Positions 26,206-35,451 of a stretch of DNA of 42,464 bases are shown here, in pieces. Location: the sequence record SRR20825010_1048, one strand, 5' to 3'. The notes under the pieces were generated by a model that had not been told where the DNA came from, searched no databases, and saw only the letters and a list, made by a program, of their open reading frames with translations. The position numbers and the translations under genes are program-made. Position 1 is the stretch's first letter; each line of letters begins with the position of its first letter.

Positions 26206-27648
26206 ATGACTAGCGAACAACATACCGTAGAGAAAATCGGCGGCACCTCCATGAGCAATTATGAGGCGGTGCGCGACAACATCATTCTCGGCGGGCGCTC
26301 CAAGGACGACCTGTACCAGCGCATCTTCGTGGTCTCCGCCTATGGCGGTGTCACCGACGAATTGCTGGAGCACAAGAAAACCGGAGAACCGGGTGTCTAT
26401 GCCCTGTTCGCCGATGCCGAGTCGGACTGGGCCTGGGGCGACGACCTCACCAAACTGATCCAGTTCCTGACCGACATCAATGGCGAGCTGTTCCCGGACC
26501 CCATGCTCAAGCAGCAGGCGGACCAGTTCATCACTGACCGCATCGAAGGCGTTCGCGGCTGCCTGATTGATTTGCAACGTCTGTGTTCCTACGGGCAGTT
26601 CCAGCTTGAGGAGCATCTGCTGACGGTTCGTGAAATGCTGGCCGGTATCGGTGAGGCCCACAGTGCCTTCAACACTGCCCTGAAGCTTCAGCAGGAAGGC
26701 ATCAATGCGCGGTTCGTGGACCTGACCGGGTGGCGCGACAATGAACTGCTGCCGCTGGATGAAAAGCTCAAGCAGGCATTCGACGCGGTGGACCTGAGCC
26801 GTGAGCTGCCGATCGTGACGGGGTATGCCCAGTGCAAGGAAGGCCTGATGCGTACCTTCGACCGGGGCTACAGCGAGATGACCTTCAGCCGGGTCGCGGT
26901 GATTACCAACGCCCGCGAAGCGATCATCCACAAGGAATACCACCTCAGTTCCGCGGACCCCAACATTGTCGGTGCGGATAAGGTCGTCCCCCTGGGGCGC
27001 ACCAACTATGACGTTGCTGACCAGTTGGCGAACCTCGGTATGGAAGCGATCCACCCGCGCGCTGGCAAGGGCATGCGTCAGAACGAGATTCCGCTGCGGG
27101 TGATGAACACCTTCGAGCCGGAGCACACCGGTACCCTGATCACCGGCGACTACGTCAGTGAGAAGCCTCAGGTAGAGATCATCGCGGGTAACAAAGGCGT
27201 GTTTGCCATTGAGGTGTTCGATCAGGACATGCAGGGTGAGCCCGGTTCCGACCGTCGCATTCTGGAAGTGCTGGGTCGCTTCAAGGTGCGTTTCGTATCC
27301 AAGGACACCAACGCCAACACCATTACCCACTACGTGGACAGTACGCTCAAACACGTCAAACGGGTGGTCAGGGCGTTGAAAGACGAATTTCCCAACGCCG
27401 AAATCAGCACTCGCAAGGTGGCGATCGTGTCTGCCATTGGCAGCGATATCAAGGTGTCGGGCATCCTGGCTCGGTCAGTCAAGGCCCTGGCGGACGAGGA
27501 TATCAGCGTTCTGGCCCTGCACCAGTGCATGCGGCAGGTGGACATCCAGTTCGTAGTGGACGAAGACGCCTATGAGAAGACCATTGTGGCGCTTCATGGC
27601 GCGCTGATTGAGCCTCACAACCACGAGTACGCGATCGTTGCAGCGTAA
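26206..27648 (+). CDS. ask: Ectoine-pathway aspartate kinase (Ask_Ect)
   Basis: HTVEKIGGTSM, FDRGYSE, IHKEYHLSSADP; follows ectAB. Confidence 0.93.
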   Translation: MTSEQHTVEKIGGTSMSNYEAVRDNIILGGRSKDDLYQRIFVVSAYGGVTDELLEHKKTGEPGVYALFADAESDWAWGDDLTKLIQFLTDINGELFPDPMLKQQADQFITDRIEGVRGCLIDLQRLCSYGQFQLEEHLLTVREMLAGIGEAHSAFNTALKLQQEGINARFVDLTGWRDNELLPLDEKLKQAFDAVDLSRELPIVTGYAQCKEGLMRTFDRGYSEMTFSRVAVITNAREAIIHKEYHLSSADPNIVGADKVVPLGRTNYDVADQLANLGMEAIHPRAGKGMRQNEIPLRVMNTFEPEHTGTLITGDYVSEKPQVEIIAGNKGVFAIEVFDQDMQGEPGSDRRILEVLGRFKVRFVSKDTNANTITHYVDSTLKHVKRVVRALKDEFPNAEISTRKVAIVSAIGSDIKVSGILARSVKALADEDISVLALHQCMRQVDIQFVVDEDAYEKTIVALHGALIEPHNHEYAIVAA

Positions 27649-27695
27649 CCTGCTGGTTTCTCTACGTCGGTAATTGCCACAACGGACAGTCTGTG

Positions 27696-27711
27696 CCCCC
27701 GGCAACGGGGG
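27696..27711. other. GC hairpin with GCAA tetraloop after ask
   Basis: CCCCCG-GCAA-CGGGGG with no U-tract, so a terminator role is uncertain. Confidence 0.4.
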
Positions 27712-27737
27712 ATCCATGACGCTGTTCCGCGCGTATT
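27710..27737 (+). promoter_or_regulatory. Putative RpoE-ChrR (ECF11)-type promoter
   Basis: GGATCC-N16-CGTATT versus the recalled consensus TGATCC-N16-CGTA. Confidence 0.45.
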
Positions 27738-27767
27738 CTCTGGAAATTCGCGATCGGAACCTGTGCC

Positions 27768-28766
27768 ATGACTGACGTTCAGAGCCCGGGGCCGTCTCCG
27801 ACCATAGCCCATTCCGGCGAAACGGAATCCCTGGTAGGGCTGTACTTCAGGGATGCGTCCCGTTACGAATTGCTCACCAATGAGGGCGAGCGCCGACTTT
27901 CACGGCGCCTGACCTTCTGCTATCGGATCATATCTACCGAGCTTGCCTTGCCGGAAGGCACCCCTCAGACATTCCGCGAAGTGGTTGGAAGCCTGGGCGA
28001 CGCCTGTGCTTTTTCGAGGCGGTGTCGTCGTGCCTACCATCTCGCCACCGCAAGTCGTCAGCGGCTGATTCGCAGCAATCTCCGGCTCGCGGTGCACATC
28101 GCAAGGCGCTACGCCAACCGCGGCATTCCCATGTCGGATGTCATTCAGGATGCCAATGTCGGTCTGATCAAGGCCGTGGAGCGGTTTGATCCTACCAAGG
28201 GCTTTCGTTTCTCGACCTATGCCTACTGGTGGATCAGCGAAGAGGTGAAGCGGTGCATGAAGCGTGGAACCCGGCTTGTGCATACCCCTGAAAACGTGGT
28301 CGATGAAATCCGCCTGTTGCAGAAAAAATCCCTGGTACTGCACCAGACATTGGGCCGCACGCCGTCGCAGACCGAACTGGCGCGGGAGATTGAGGTGTCG
28401 CCTTCCCGCATTGGTGAGCTGCGGGCGCTGGCCAGTCTGGAAGTGTCAGTGGATCTGCCGGTGGGCATGGACGGTGGCATTACGCTGGGTGACAGCCTCA
28501 GTGCAGACGATCAGTCCGCGCCGGACCACGACATGGCCCAGCGTGACCGCAAACGGACACTGACCGCTCTCTTGGCGGAACTGAGTTCGCGGGAAAAGGA
28601 TGTCCTGGCCAGGCGTTACGGCCTGGGTCTCCCAGAACCGGAAACCCTGCAGGTGATCTCCGATGACCTGGGAATAAGCCGGGAGCGGGTGCGGCAGATA
28701 GAGAAAAGCGCCCTGAAAAAGTTACGGGGCCGTTTTATCGACCCTAACGACGAGCTCCGGGGCTAG
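27768..28766 (+). CDS. Alternative sigma70-family factor (RpoS/RpoD-like paralog without region 1.1)
   Basis: Region 1.2 LYFRDASRYELLT; region 2 NLRLAVHIARRY...KAVERFDPTKGFRFSTYAYWWI; region 4 ISRERVRQIEKSALKKLR. Confidence 0.92.
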   Translation: MTDVQSPGPSPTIAHSGETESLVGLYFRDASRYELLTNEGERRLSRRLTFCYRIISTELALPEGTPQTFREVVGSLGDACAFSRRCRRAYHLATASRQRLIRSNLRLAVHIARRYANRGIPMSDVIQDANVGLIKAVERFDPTKGFRFSTYAYWWISEEVKRCMKRGTRLVHTPENVVDEIRLLQKKSLVLHQTLGRTPSQTELAREIEVSPSRIGELRALASLEVSVDLPVGMDGGITLGDSLSADDQSAPDHDMAQRDRKRTLTALLAELSSREKDVLARRYGLGLPEPETLQVISDDLGISRERVRQIEKSALKKLRGRFIDPNDELRG

Positions 28767-28790
28767 TATTCAGGGCCGGTATCGACCGGC

Positions 28791-29243
28791 TTAGCCCTGG
28801 GCCAGAATGAACCAGGCGCCCGCCGCTACCTGGCACGCCAGGACAACAGCTGTCAGTCCCAACCGCAACTTCAGATACCAGTCCGGCCAATAACCCCTCA
28901 TCCAGCGAGCGTCGACCACATACAGCGCGATATAGGCCAGCGTGTAAACCAGGATCTGGCCGACAATGGGCAGCAGCAGACCAATGCCGGCGGTGATGAA
29001 GAACACTTGGCTCAACAACATGGTTACCAGGGGGGAAATCGGGTAGCAGCGATTCTCAAGCTGCATGGCCAGTGGCCAGTAGATGCCCGCCATAAAGGCC
29101 AGAATGCCCGCGCTGTACAGGTAGAAATAGCGGGAGATGGCCAGGCTCTGTTCAGGCAACGCAAAGAGTCCGAAAATGGCGGCAAGGAAAGGCAGCAGCC
29201 CGCCAATGCCCACGACGATCGCCAGTCTGGCGACGGCAATCAC
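28791..29243 (-). CDS. DUF3429-like membrane protein
   Basis: GGLLPF, YSAGILAFMAGIYW, D...WPDWYLKLRLGLT. Confidence 0.8.
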   Translation of the reverse strand: MIAVARLAIVVGIGGLLPFLAAIFGLFALPEQSLAISRYFYLYSAGILAFMAGIYWPLAMQLENRCYPISPLVTMLLSQVFFITAGIGLLLPIVGQILVYTLAYIALYVVDARWMRGYWPDWYLKLRLGLTAVVLACQVAAGAWFILAQG

Positions 29244-29356
29244 GAGTGCTTCCCCTGAACCCGAATCCTCATTGGTTCGATAGCGGCGGGCTCCGTACCC
29301 ACCAACTCAATGGCCGGGTTGATCGACTGCCTGAGTTCTTCCAGGGTTATTCTCAC
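29240..29356 (-). CDS. Putative 38-aa small ORF coupled to the DUF3429 gene
   Basis: GTG-RITLEELRQSINPAIELVGTEPAAIEPMRIRVQGKHS-TGA. The stop overlaps the DUF3429 GTG (GTGA). Confidence 0.35.
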   Translation of the reverse strand: MRITLEELRQSINPAIELVGTEPAAIEPMRIRVQGKHS

Positions 29357-29405
29357 CGTATGACTCTCACCGTAAAACGCGGGGATGATGTGCTACCCAC
29401 GGACT

Positions 29406-29431
29406 TACGAGCAACGGATCGTTTGGGATCA
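29406..29431 (-). promoter_or_regulatory. Putative RpoE-ChrR (ECF11)-type promoter
   Basis: Minus strand TGATCC-N16-CGTA. Confidence 0.6.
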
Positions 29432-29462
29432 TTCCAGTCGTGTAACGCCGAGGAAATAATAG

Positions 29463-30050
29463 TCAGACATTGTCCGCGAGCTCACGGCAGGCGGCGTGTT
29501 GGGGGCACTGAACGAGGTGGTCATTGACCATGCCCGTGGCCTGCATGAAGGCATATACAATGGTGGGCCCCACAAAGTTGAAGCCGCGTTTTTTCAGTGC
29601 CTTGGACATGGCTTCGGCCTCGGGCGTGTAAACCGGCACGTCGGCAAAGCGCTGCCAGTGATTCTGGATAGGCTCTCCACCGACAAACGACCACAGGAAG
29701 TCACTGAACGAGTGGCCCTGATCCCGTAGCTCCAGGTAGCCCCGGGCGTTGCGGATGATGGACTCGACTTTCAGGCGGTTACGGACGATGCCAGTGTCCT
29801 GCATCAAGGCGTCGACTTTGGCCTCGTCATAACGGACGATTTTTTCAGGGTCGAAATGGTCGTAGGCGGCGCGGTAGTTGTCCTGTTTCTTGAGTATGGT
29901 GATCCAGCTCAGGCCCGCCTGCTGGCCATCCAGGCACAGCTTCTCAAACAGCGCCAGGTCGTCGTACTCGGGGCGGCCCCATACGGTGTCGTGGTAGTGA
30001 ACGTAGAGCGGGTCATCGCCACACCAGGGGCAGCGTTGTTGATTGTCCAT
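29463..30050 (-). CDS. tag: DNA-3-methyladenine glycosylase I
   Basis: RCPWC...YHDTVWG, QAGLSWITILKK, FVGPTIVYAFMQATGMVNDHLVQC. Confidence 0.95.
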   Translation of the reverse strand: MDNQQRCPWCGDDPLYVHYHDTVWGRPEYDDLALFEKLCLDGQQAGLSWITILKKQDNYRAAYDHFDPEKIVRYDEAKVDALMQDTGIVRNRLKVESIIRNARGYLELRDQGHSFSDFLWSFVGGEPIQNHWQRFADVPVYTPEAEAMSKALKKRGFNFVGPTIVYAFMQATGMVNDHLVQCPQHAACRELADNV

Positions 30051-30090
30051 AGTCCTGCCTTCTCGTCTGAAGTTGGTGGAGCGGTGCGGG

Positions 30091-30726
30091 TTACGGCTGT
30101 AGACGGTCGATGTGCCAGCGATCGCCCTGCCTGACGTATTCAAAGCGGTCATGCAGGCGGCTTGGCCGCCCCTGCCAGAACTCGATTCGTTCCGGCACCA
30201 CGCGGTAACCGCCCCAGAAATCGGGTAGCGGGATCGTCCCGTCCTTGAACCGGCGTTTCATCTCGGCCACTTTCTGTTCCAGCAATCCGCGGGAGTTGAT
30301 CGCCCTGCTCTGTTCCGATACCCAGGCACCGATCTGGCTGCCCCGGGGGCGAGAGGTGAAGTACCTCAGGGATTCGGATTTGCTGACCTTTTCCACATGG
30401 CCCTGAATCCGCACCTGGCGGTTCAGCCCGATCCAGGGGAACAGCAGGGCGGCTTTTGGATTTTCTGCCATTTCGTGGGCCTTGCGGCTGCCGTAGTTGG
30501 TATAGAACACAAAACCGGCGTCGTCGAAGTATTTCAACAGGACGGTCCGTATGTCGGGCATGCCGTCTCCGCCTGAGGTGGCCAGTGACATGGCATTGGG
30601 CTCGAGAATGCCGGCCTCACGGGCATTCTCGAACCAGACCTGGAATTGTCTGACGGGGTTGTCATCAAGGGCATCGCGCTCAAGGCCTTCGCTTTCGAAG
30701 TCTCGGCGCATATCGCTAATATCCAT
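30091..30726 (-). CDS. pdxH: Pyridoxamine 5'-phosphate oxidase
   Basis: EPNAMSLAT, RTVLLK, FYTNYGSRK, EFWQGRPSRLHDR. Confidence 0.96.
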   Translation of the reverse strand: MDISDMRRDFESEGLERDALDDNPVRQFQVWFENAREAGILEPNAMSLATSGGDGMPDIRTVLLKYFDDAGFVFYTNYGSRKAHEMAENPKAALLFPWIGLNRQVRIQGHVEKVSKSESLRYFTSRPRGSQIGAWVSEQSRAINSRGLLEQKVAEMKRRFKDGTIPLPDFWGGYRVVPERIEFWQGRPSRLHDRFEYVRQGDRWHIDRLQP

Positions 30727-30802
30727 CCGGGTTTCCTGAATGAGGGATTTCGTTGCCTGAGTCAGTGAAAACAGAATATCGGGTTCGTTGCCCCATGTCA
30801 GT

Positions 30803-30858
30803 CCATCACCCTCTATAACCCCCCATCACCTTCCTCATCACCCTCCTCATCAACCCAT
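30803..30858. repeat. Imperfect 12-bp repeats (CATCACCCTCCT-like, four copies)
   Basis: Copies at 30803, 30823, 30835 and 30847 in the pdxH/DUF748 divergent region. Confidence 0.55.
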
Positions 30859-30929
30859 CCGGCTGACAAACCGGTCACCGGCGGGCTATCCTTGGTGGAT
30901 AGATTGGCGACAGATCGCGCCTGTCAGCA

Positions 30930-33863
30930 ATGGACAACAAGGAGAGCCCGGTGCCTGCGAACCGCAAACGACGATTGTCTGCCAGAAATATCTCGATAGT
31001 GGTACTGGTTCTGGTGGTGATCTATGCCATCGCCGGGTTTGCGCTATTGCCGTGGTGGCTGGAGCGAACGCTGCCGGAGCGGCTGGAACAACACATGGGG
31101 TGGCAGGCCGAGATTGAAGAGGTCCAGGTGAACCCCTTCGCCATGAGCGTTGAAGCCGTTGGCCTGGAGGCCAGGGACGCTGAAGGCGAACCGGTGGTTG
31201 CCTTTGACAGCCTTTATGCCAACCTCGGGGTCTGGCGATTGCTCACCGGAATTGTCGCGCTGCAGGACATCGAACTGGAAGACCCTTACGTTCGCCTGGA
31301 TTTGCTGGAGGACTACAGTGTCAACTTCGCCCGGGACTGGCAGGCCCATAATCCGGGTGGCGAACAACCGGCGCCCGAGAAGGCGGATTCCGGAGAACCG
31401 CCCAGAATCTATTTTGACCGGATCAGGGTCTCGGGTGGCGAACTGCTGTTCCGGGATTTCAGTCAGCAAGGCCAGGAAGAATTTCGGGTTACGCCCCTGG
31501 ATCTGGCTTTGAACGACCTGGCCACCTGGCCCCGCGAGGACGCCGCCAGCAGCTATTACCTGCTGGCGGCGGTCGGCAGCCAGACCATTGAGTGGGAAGG
31601 CGACCTGAGCATCGCCCCTCTCTATTCAAAAGGGTTCCTCAAACTGGGTGACGTGTCCCATGAAACCCTGCAGCATTTTCTCAAGCCCTATCTTCCCTAT
31701 CAGCTTCGTAACGGCAGTGTGACCCTTAGCTCGCAGTACGAACTGCGTTCTGCCGGTGAACTGTATCTGACCACCTCGGAGGGCCAGCTCACGATCGACG
31801 ATGTCGATCTCGGCGTTGAGGCTGATGCCGATGATGGGCTGCTGAGTGCGGATCGTCTGAGCGTAGGTGATATCCGTTTCGGGCTTAGCGAACAGGAGCT
31901 GTCCACTGGCACCGTGAACATCGATGGTGTCAGCCTGTCACTGCTCCGTGATGCGAACGGCCAGCTCAATCTTCTGGCGCCACTTCAGAATAGTGCGGAC
32001 GAATCAGGTGGTGACGACACTGGCACAGGAGCGCCTTTCCGCTGGACGGTGGCCGGCGTGGAACTGGCCAACAGCGCCGTCAGTTGGCGGGACGAGCAGC
32101 CGCAACTGCCCGCAGAACTGGCCCTTGAGGACCTGTCGATCAGCATCGATGAGATCTCCCATCGCCTGGAGGAACCGGTCAATTACAACGCCAGTGGTGC
32201 GCTGAACGGTGGTGGGAAACTGTCGATCAATGGTCAGGCCACGTTGGCACCTTTCACGCTGGAAGCCGGGCTGTCTGGCAGCGGGATTGCCCTGTCGCAG
32301 TTTGGCGCCTATATCAACCAGGCGGCGAACCTGGATGTCAGGGATGGCCTGTTGTCTGTCGATGGCAATCTGGATCTGGATCAACAGCAAGACCCGCTGA
32401 CGGGTACCTTTAGCGGCACTGGCGAGGTGGCCTCCCTGGATATGCGTCTTGGCGACAGCGATCAGCCCCTGATCCGCTGGCAGAGCGTGCGCCTGGAACC
32501 ATTGGAGTACAACGTCGCGCCGGCACGGCTGCAGATTGGCACCATTACCCTGGTGGGTCCTGCGGTGAACGTGGTCCGTGACAGCAACGGCACTCATAAT
32601 GTTGAACGGATTGTCAGGTCCTCGCCGTCGGACGAATCCGCGCCAGCTGGAGAAACAACCAGTAGCGACGGCGAACCCGGCTTCATCTTCCGCATTGGCC
32701 AACTGATGCTGGAAGAAGGTGCCATCTCCTACACCGATCGGACCCTGGACCCGACATTCGCAACCCGGTTCGACCAGTTGCGCGGCTCAGTAACCGGGCT
32801 TAGCAACGTGGCGCCGCAACAGGGCCAGATCTCGATCCAGGGGCGGGTTGGCGATGTGGCAACCATGACGCTGGATGGTTCCGTGGGCGCCCTGGGCACC
32901 GATGATACCAGCGATCTGAAGCTGACCATGGAGAACGTCTCTCTGCCCATGCTGTCACCGTATTTTGGCCGTTACCTGGGATACAGCGTGGACAGTGGCA
33001 AGCTCAAGCTTGATCTGGATTATGAGTTTTCCGGCAGCCGTCTGGATGCTGCCAACAGCGTCATCCTGGATCGGCTGGAGCTTGGAGGCCCCGTTCCGAG
33101 TGACGAGGCCGTCAGTGCACCGGTCAAGCTTGGTCTGGCGTTGCTGCGTGACCGGCAGGGTGTCATCGATATCAACCTGCCCATCAGCGGAGATCTGGAA
33201 AGCCCGGACTTCAGTATCGGTCAGGTTGTCATGAGGACATTCGTAAACCTCGTTGCCAAAGCCGCCACGTCGCCATTCAGCATGCTGGGTTCGATTGCGG
33301 ATTTTGCGGGCCTGTCGGGAGAAGAACTGGGCAATGTGCGTTTTGAAGCGGGGCGCACCGAGCTTGCCGATGGGGAAGGCGTCAAACTGGAGGCACTGGG
33401 CAAGGCCTTGAATGAACGCCCTGGTCTGGCGCTCAATGTTCGTGGAGCGGTCGCACCAGAGGCAGACGGAGACGCGTTACGGCGGCAGAAACTGCTCGAG
33501 CAACTGGGCATAGCGGATGGAGCTTCCGCGTCTACACGTATCGCTCGGCTTGAGCAGGCGTACGCGGATTCGGATTACGTGGCGTCGGTGGAAGCTTTCC
33601 GAAACGACGTTGCCGGCGGGAACGTAGAACCCGGCAAACAGGAATGGGAGCAGGCGCTGGTGAAGCGACTGATAGCCGATGTGGAACTGCCACCGGAGGC
33701 TTTGGGCAACCTGGCAACATCCCGAGGCGTATGGCTCCGGGAGCAAATGCTGCAGGAGCATGGAGCATCAGAAAATCAGGTATACCTGCTTGACCCTGTG
33801 CGCGACGCGACGGCCGATGAGGCCGGCACTGTCACCGTCAGCTTTGAGCTGGATGTGCGGTGA
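30930..33863 (+). CDS. DUF748 domain (AsmA-like) envelope protein
   Basis: N-terminal TM anchor, VNPFAMSV, repeated beta-rich domains, LSPYFGRYLGY...GKL, ALLRDRQGVIDINLPISGDL, AATSPF. Confidence 0.85.
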   Translation: MDNKESPVPANRKRRLSARNISIVVLVLVVIYAIAGFALLPWWLERTLPERLEQHMGWQAEIEEVQVNPFAMSVEAVGLEARDAEGEPVVAFDSLYANLGVWRLLTGIVALQDIELEDPYVRLDLLEDYSVNFARDWQAHNPGGEQPAPEKADSGEPPRIYFDRIRVSGGELLFRDFSQQGQEEFRVTPLDLALNDLATWPREDAASSYYLLAAVGSQTIEWEGDLSIAPLYSKGFLKLGDVSHETLQHFLKPYLPYQLRNGSVTLSSQYELRSAGELYLTTSEGQLTIDDVDLGVEADADDGLLSADRLSVGDIRFGLSEQELSTGTVNIDGVSLSLLRDANGQLNLLAPLQNSADESGGDDTGTGAPFRWTVAGVELANSAVSWRDEQPQLPAELALEDLSISIDEISHRLEEPVNYNASGALNGGGKLSINGQATLAPFTLEAGLSGSGIALSQFGAYINQAANLDVRDGLLSVDGNLDLDQQQDPLTGTFSGTGEVASLDMRLGDSDQPLIRWQSVRLEPLEYNVAPARLQIGTITLVGPAVNVVRDSNGTHNVERIVRSSPSDESAPAGETTSSDGEPGFIFRIGQLMLEEGAISYTDRTLDPTFATRFDQLRGSVTGLSNVAPQQGQISIQGRVGDVATMTLDGSVGALGTDDTSDLKLTMENVSLPMLSPYFGRYLGYSVDSGKLKLDLDYEFSGSRLDAANSVILDRLELGGPVPSDEAVSAPVKLGLALLRDRQGVIDINLPISGDLESPDFSIGQVVMRTFVNLVAKAATSPFSMLGSIADFAGLSGEELGNVRFEAGRTELADGEGVKLEALGKALNERPGLALNVRGAVAPEADGDALRRQKLLEQLGIADGASASTRIARLEQAYADSDYVASVEAFRNDVAGGNVEPGKQEWEQALVKRLIADVELPPEALGNLATSRGVWLREQMLQEHGASENQVYLLDPVRDATADEAGTVTVSFELDVR

Positions 33864-33875
33864 CAGCGGCTGGGA

Positions 33876-34757
33876 TCAAGGCGCTGCTGGCTCGGAGATG
33901 CCCGGCGGCAACTGGAGGTCGCGTTTATCGACAAATTGCTGGTACCGCCCGTCTTTGAACAGCGGCGACAGCAGTTGCTCCAATGTGGTTGCGTCGATGG
34001 GGCCGTTGTCCCGTGCCATGATATGGAGGAGATAGGTCTGATCGGGGGTATCGGACACCAGGAACCTGTCACTGTCCTCGGGGTTGTCGTTCAGGTGGCT
34101 CTGTAGATAGGAGCGACTGACCACAGCCACTTCGGCCAGTGACGGACGGTCCGCCTTGATCAGGTCAAGATTACGACTGTGGCTATGGGAGAACTCGATA
34201 TTGAATCGTTTCTCAAGCTCGGCGTTATCCGTAGACAGGCCGGCGAAGCCATAGTGATAGCCCGAGATAGCAACGAGCTGTCGCTCGGTGACGTTGTCAA
34301 AGAAGCTTTGGTCACGGCCGGGTTTGTTGAGGGCGACATAGACGTCTTCGTCCATCAGAATTGGTCGGGTAGCGTTAACAGGCAGGTTTTCCCAGCCCCA
34401 ACTCGGGTTCTCAAAGAAAATAACGTCGTACAATCCGGCGTGGAAATCCAGGTGTCTGCGTTTTGGGGAAGTGTAGACAATCCGGAACGTGACCTTGTCG
34501 TTTGTTGAATCCAGCTCTCTTAACAGGTCACCGAGTAAGCCCTCCACCTTGTTTTCACTGTTCACACTGGCCACCGGAGGGAAATTATAGACGCCGACAG
34601 CGATGTTGGTCTGGGCCGAAACAGTGGTTGTAACACCGAGAGTCAGCGTTAAGCCCAGTATCAGAAGGGTGACTTTCAGCGGATGTCTGCGCTTTAATCC
34701 GAGTTGGAGTTTCAAGATAGAGTGCTTCCCGGCATCAAGATTTGAACGTCCATTCAC
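33876..34757 (-). CDS. Orphan periplasmic substrate-binding (family 3-like) protein
   Basis: Signal-like segment then VGVYNFPP, SPKRR, GYHYGF. Start codon uncertain. Confidence 0.7.
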   Translation of the reverse strand: MNGRSNLDAGKHSILKLQLGLKRRHPLKVTLLILGLTLTLGVTTTVSAQTNIAVGVYNFPPVASVNSENKVEGLLGDLLRELDSTNDKVTFRIVYTSPKRRHLDFHAGLYDVIFFENPSWGWENLPVNATRPILMDEDVYVALNKPGRDQSFFDNVTERQLVAISGYHYGFAGLSTDNAELEKRFNIEFSHSHSRNLDLIKADRPSLAEVAVVSRSYLQSHLNDNPEDSDRFLVSDTPDQTYLLHIMARDNGPIDATTLEQLLSPLFKDGRYQQFVDKRDLQLPPGISEPAAP

Positions 34758-34825
34758 ATTACCACTGTTTAATCTTAGTCAAAAGAGGCCAACAATAAAC
34801 TCATGCAAAACGTGAAGCGCCCATT

Positions 34826-35419
34826 ATGAAACGCCCTCTCAGTCATTTCTTTGCCTATGTGTCTCGCCTGCGGTGGATCAAGCGATGGGGGCTGATGCGC
34901 AACGCCATTGAGGAGAATGTCGCCACTCATTCCTGGGAGGTGGCTACCCTGGCTCATGCGCTTGCAATTATCCGTAACCGGCATTTTGGCGGGCAGGTCA
35001 ACGCTGACCGGATCGCTGCCGCAGCGCTCTACCACGATGCCACAGAGGTTATTACAGGCGATATGCCGACACCGGTCAAATATCATTCGCAGGTTATGCG
35101 GGAAGCGTTCGGAGACATCGAGCACAAGGCGGAGGCCGAGCTACTGGCGCTGCTACCGGCGGACCTGCAGGAGGATTTTGCGCCTTATGTTCGCGAATCC
35201 GGGTGGGAGCAGGAGGAAAAGGAATTGATCAAGGCGGCCGACCGGCTCTCGGCGTTGTTGAAATGCCAGGCTGAGATGCAGGCGGGCAACAAGGAGTTTG
35301 AACCAGCGGCGGGTCACATCCTGAAAAAGCTGGAGGATGACGCCCTGCCGGAAGTGATGTATTTCCTGGAAGTGTTTGCGCCGGGTTATCAGCGGCCCCT
35401 CGACAACCTCCTGGAATAG
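34826..35419 (+). CDS. yfbR: HD-domain 5'-deoxynucleotidase
   Basis: IKRWGLMRN...ENVATHSWEV, LYHDATEVITGDMPTPVKY, KAADRLSA. Confidence 0.93.
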   Translation: MKRPLSHFFAYVSRLRWIKRWGLMRNAIEENVATHSWEVATLAHALAIIRNRHFGGQVNADRIAAAALYHDATEVITGDMPTPVKYHSQVMREAFGDIEHKAEAELLALLPADLQEDFAPYVRESGWEQEEKELIKAADRLSALLKCQAEMQAGNKEFEPAAGHILKKLEDDALPEVMYFLEVFAPGYQRPLDNLLE

Positions 35420-35451
35420 AGGTTGCCGAAGCCGCTGAGTGTCCGGATGTT

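Noticed and set aside
26101-27354. 417-aa minus-strand ORF
   Set aside because: Antisense shadow of the well-supported aspartate kinase, typical of GC-rich codon usage.
27768-28766. Calling the sigma factor rpoS or rpoD
   Set aside because: It lacks region 1.1, is divergent in region 2.4 and is not in the canonical gene context.
29441-29464. TGTAAC...GTC as another ECF motif copy
   Set aside because: The spacer is 2 nt too short, and it points into the 3' end of tag.
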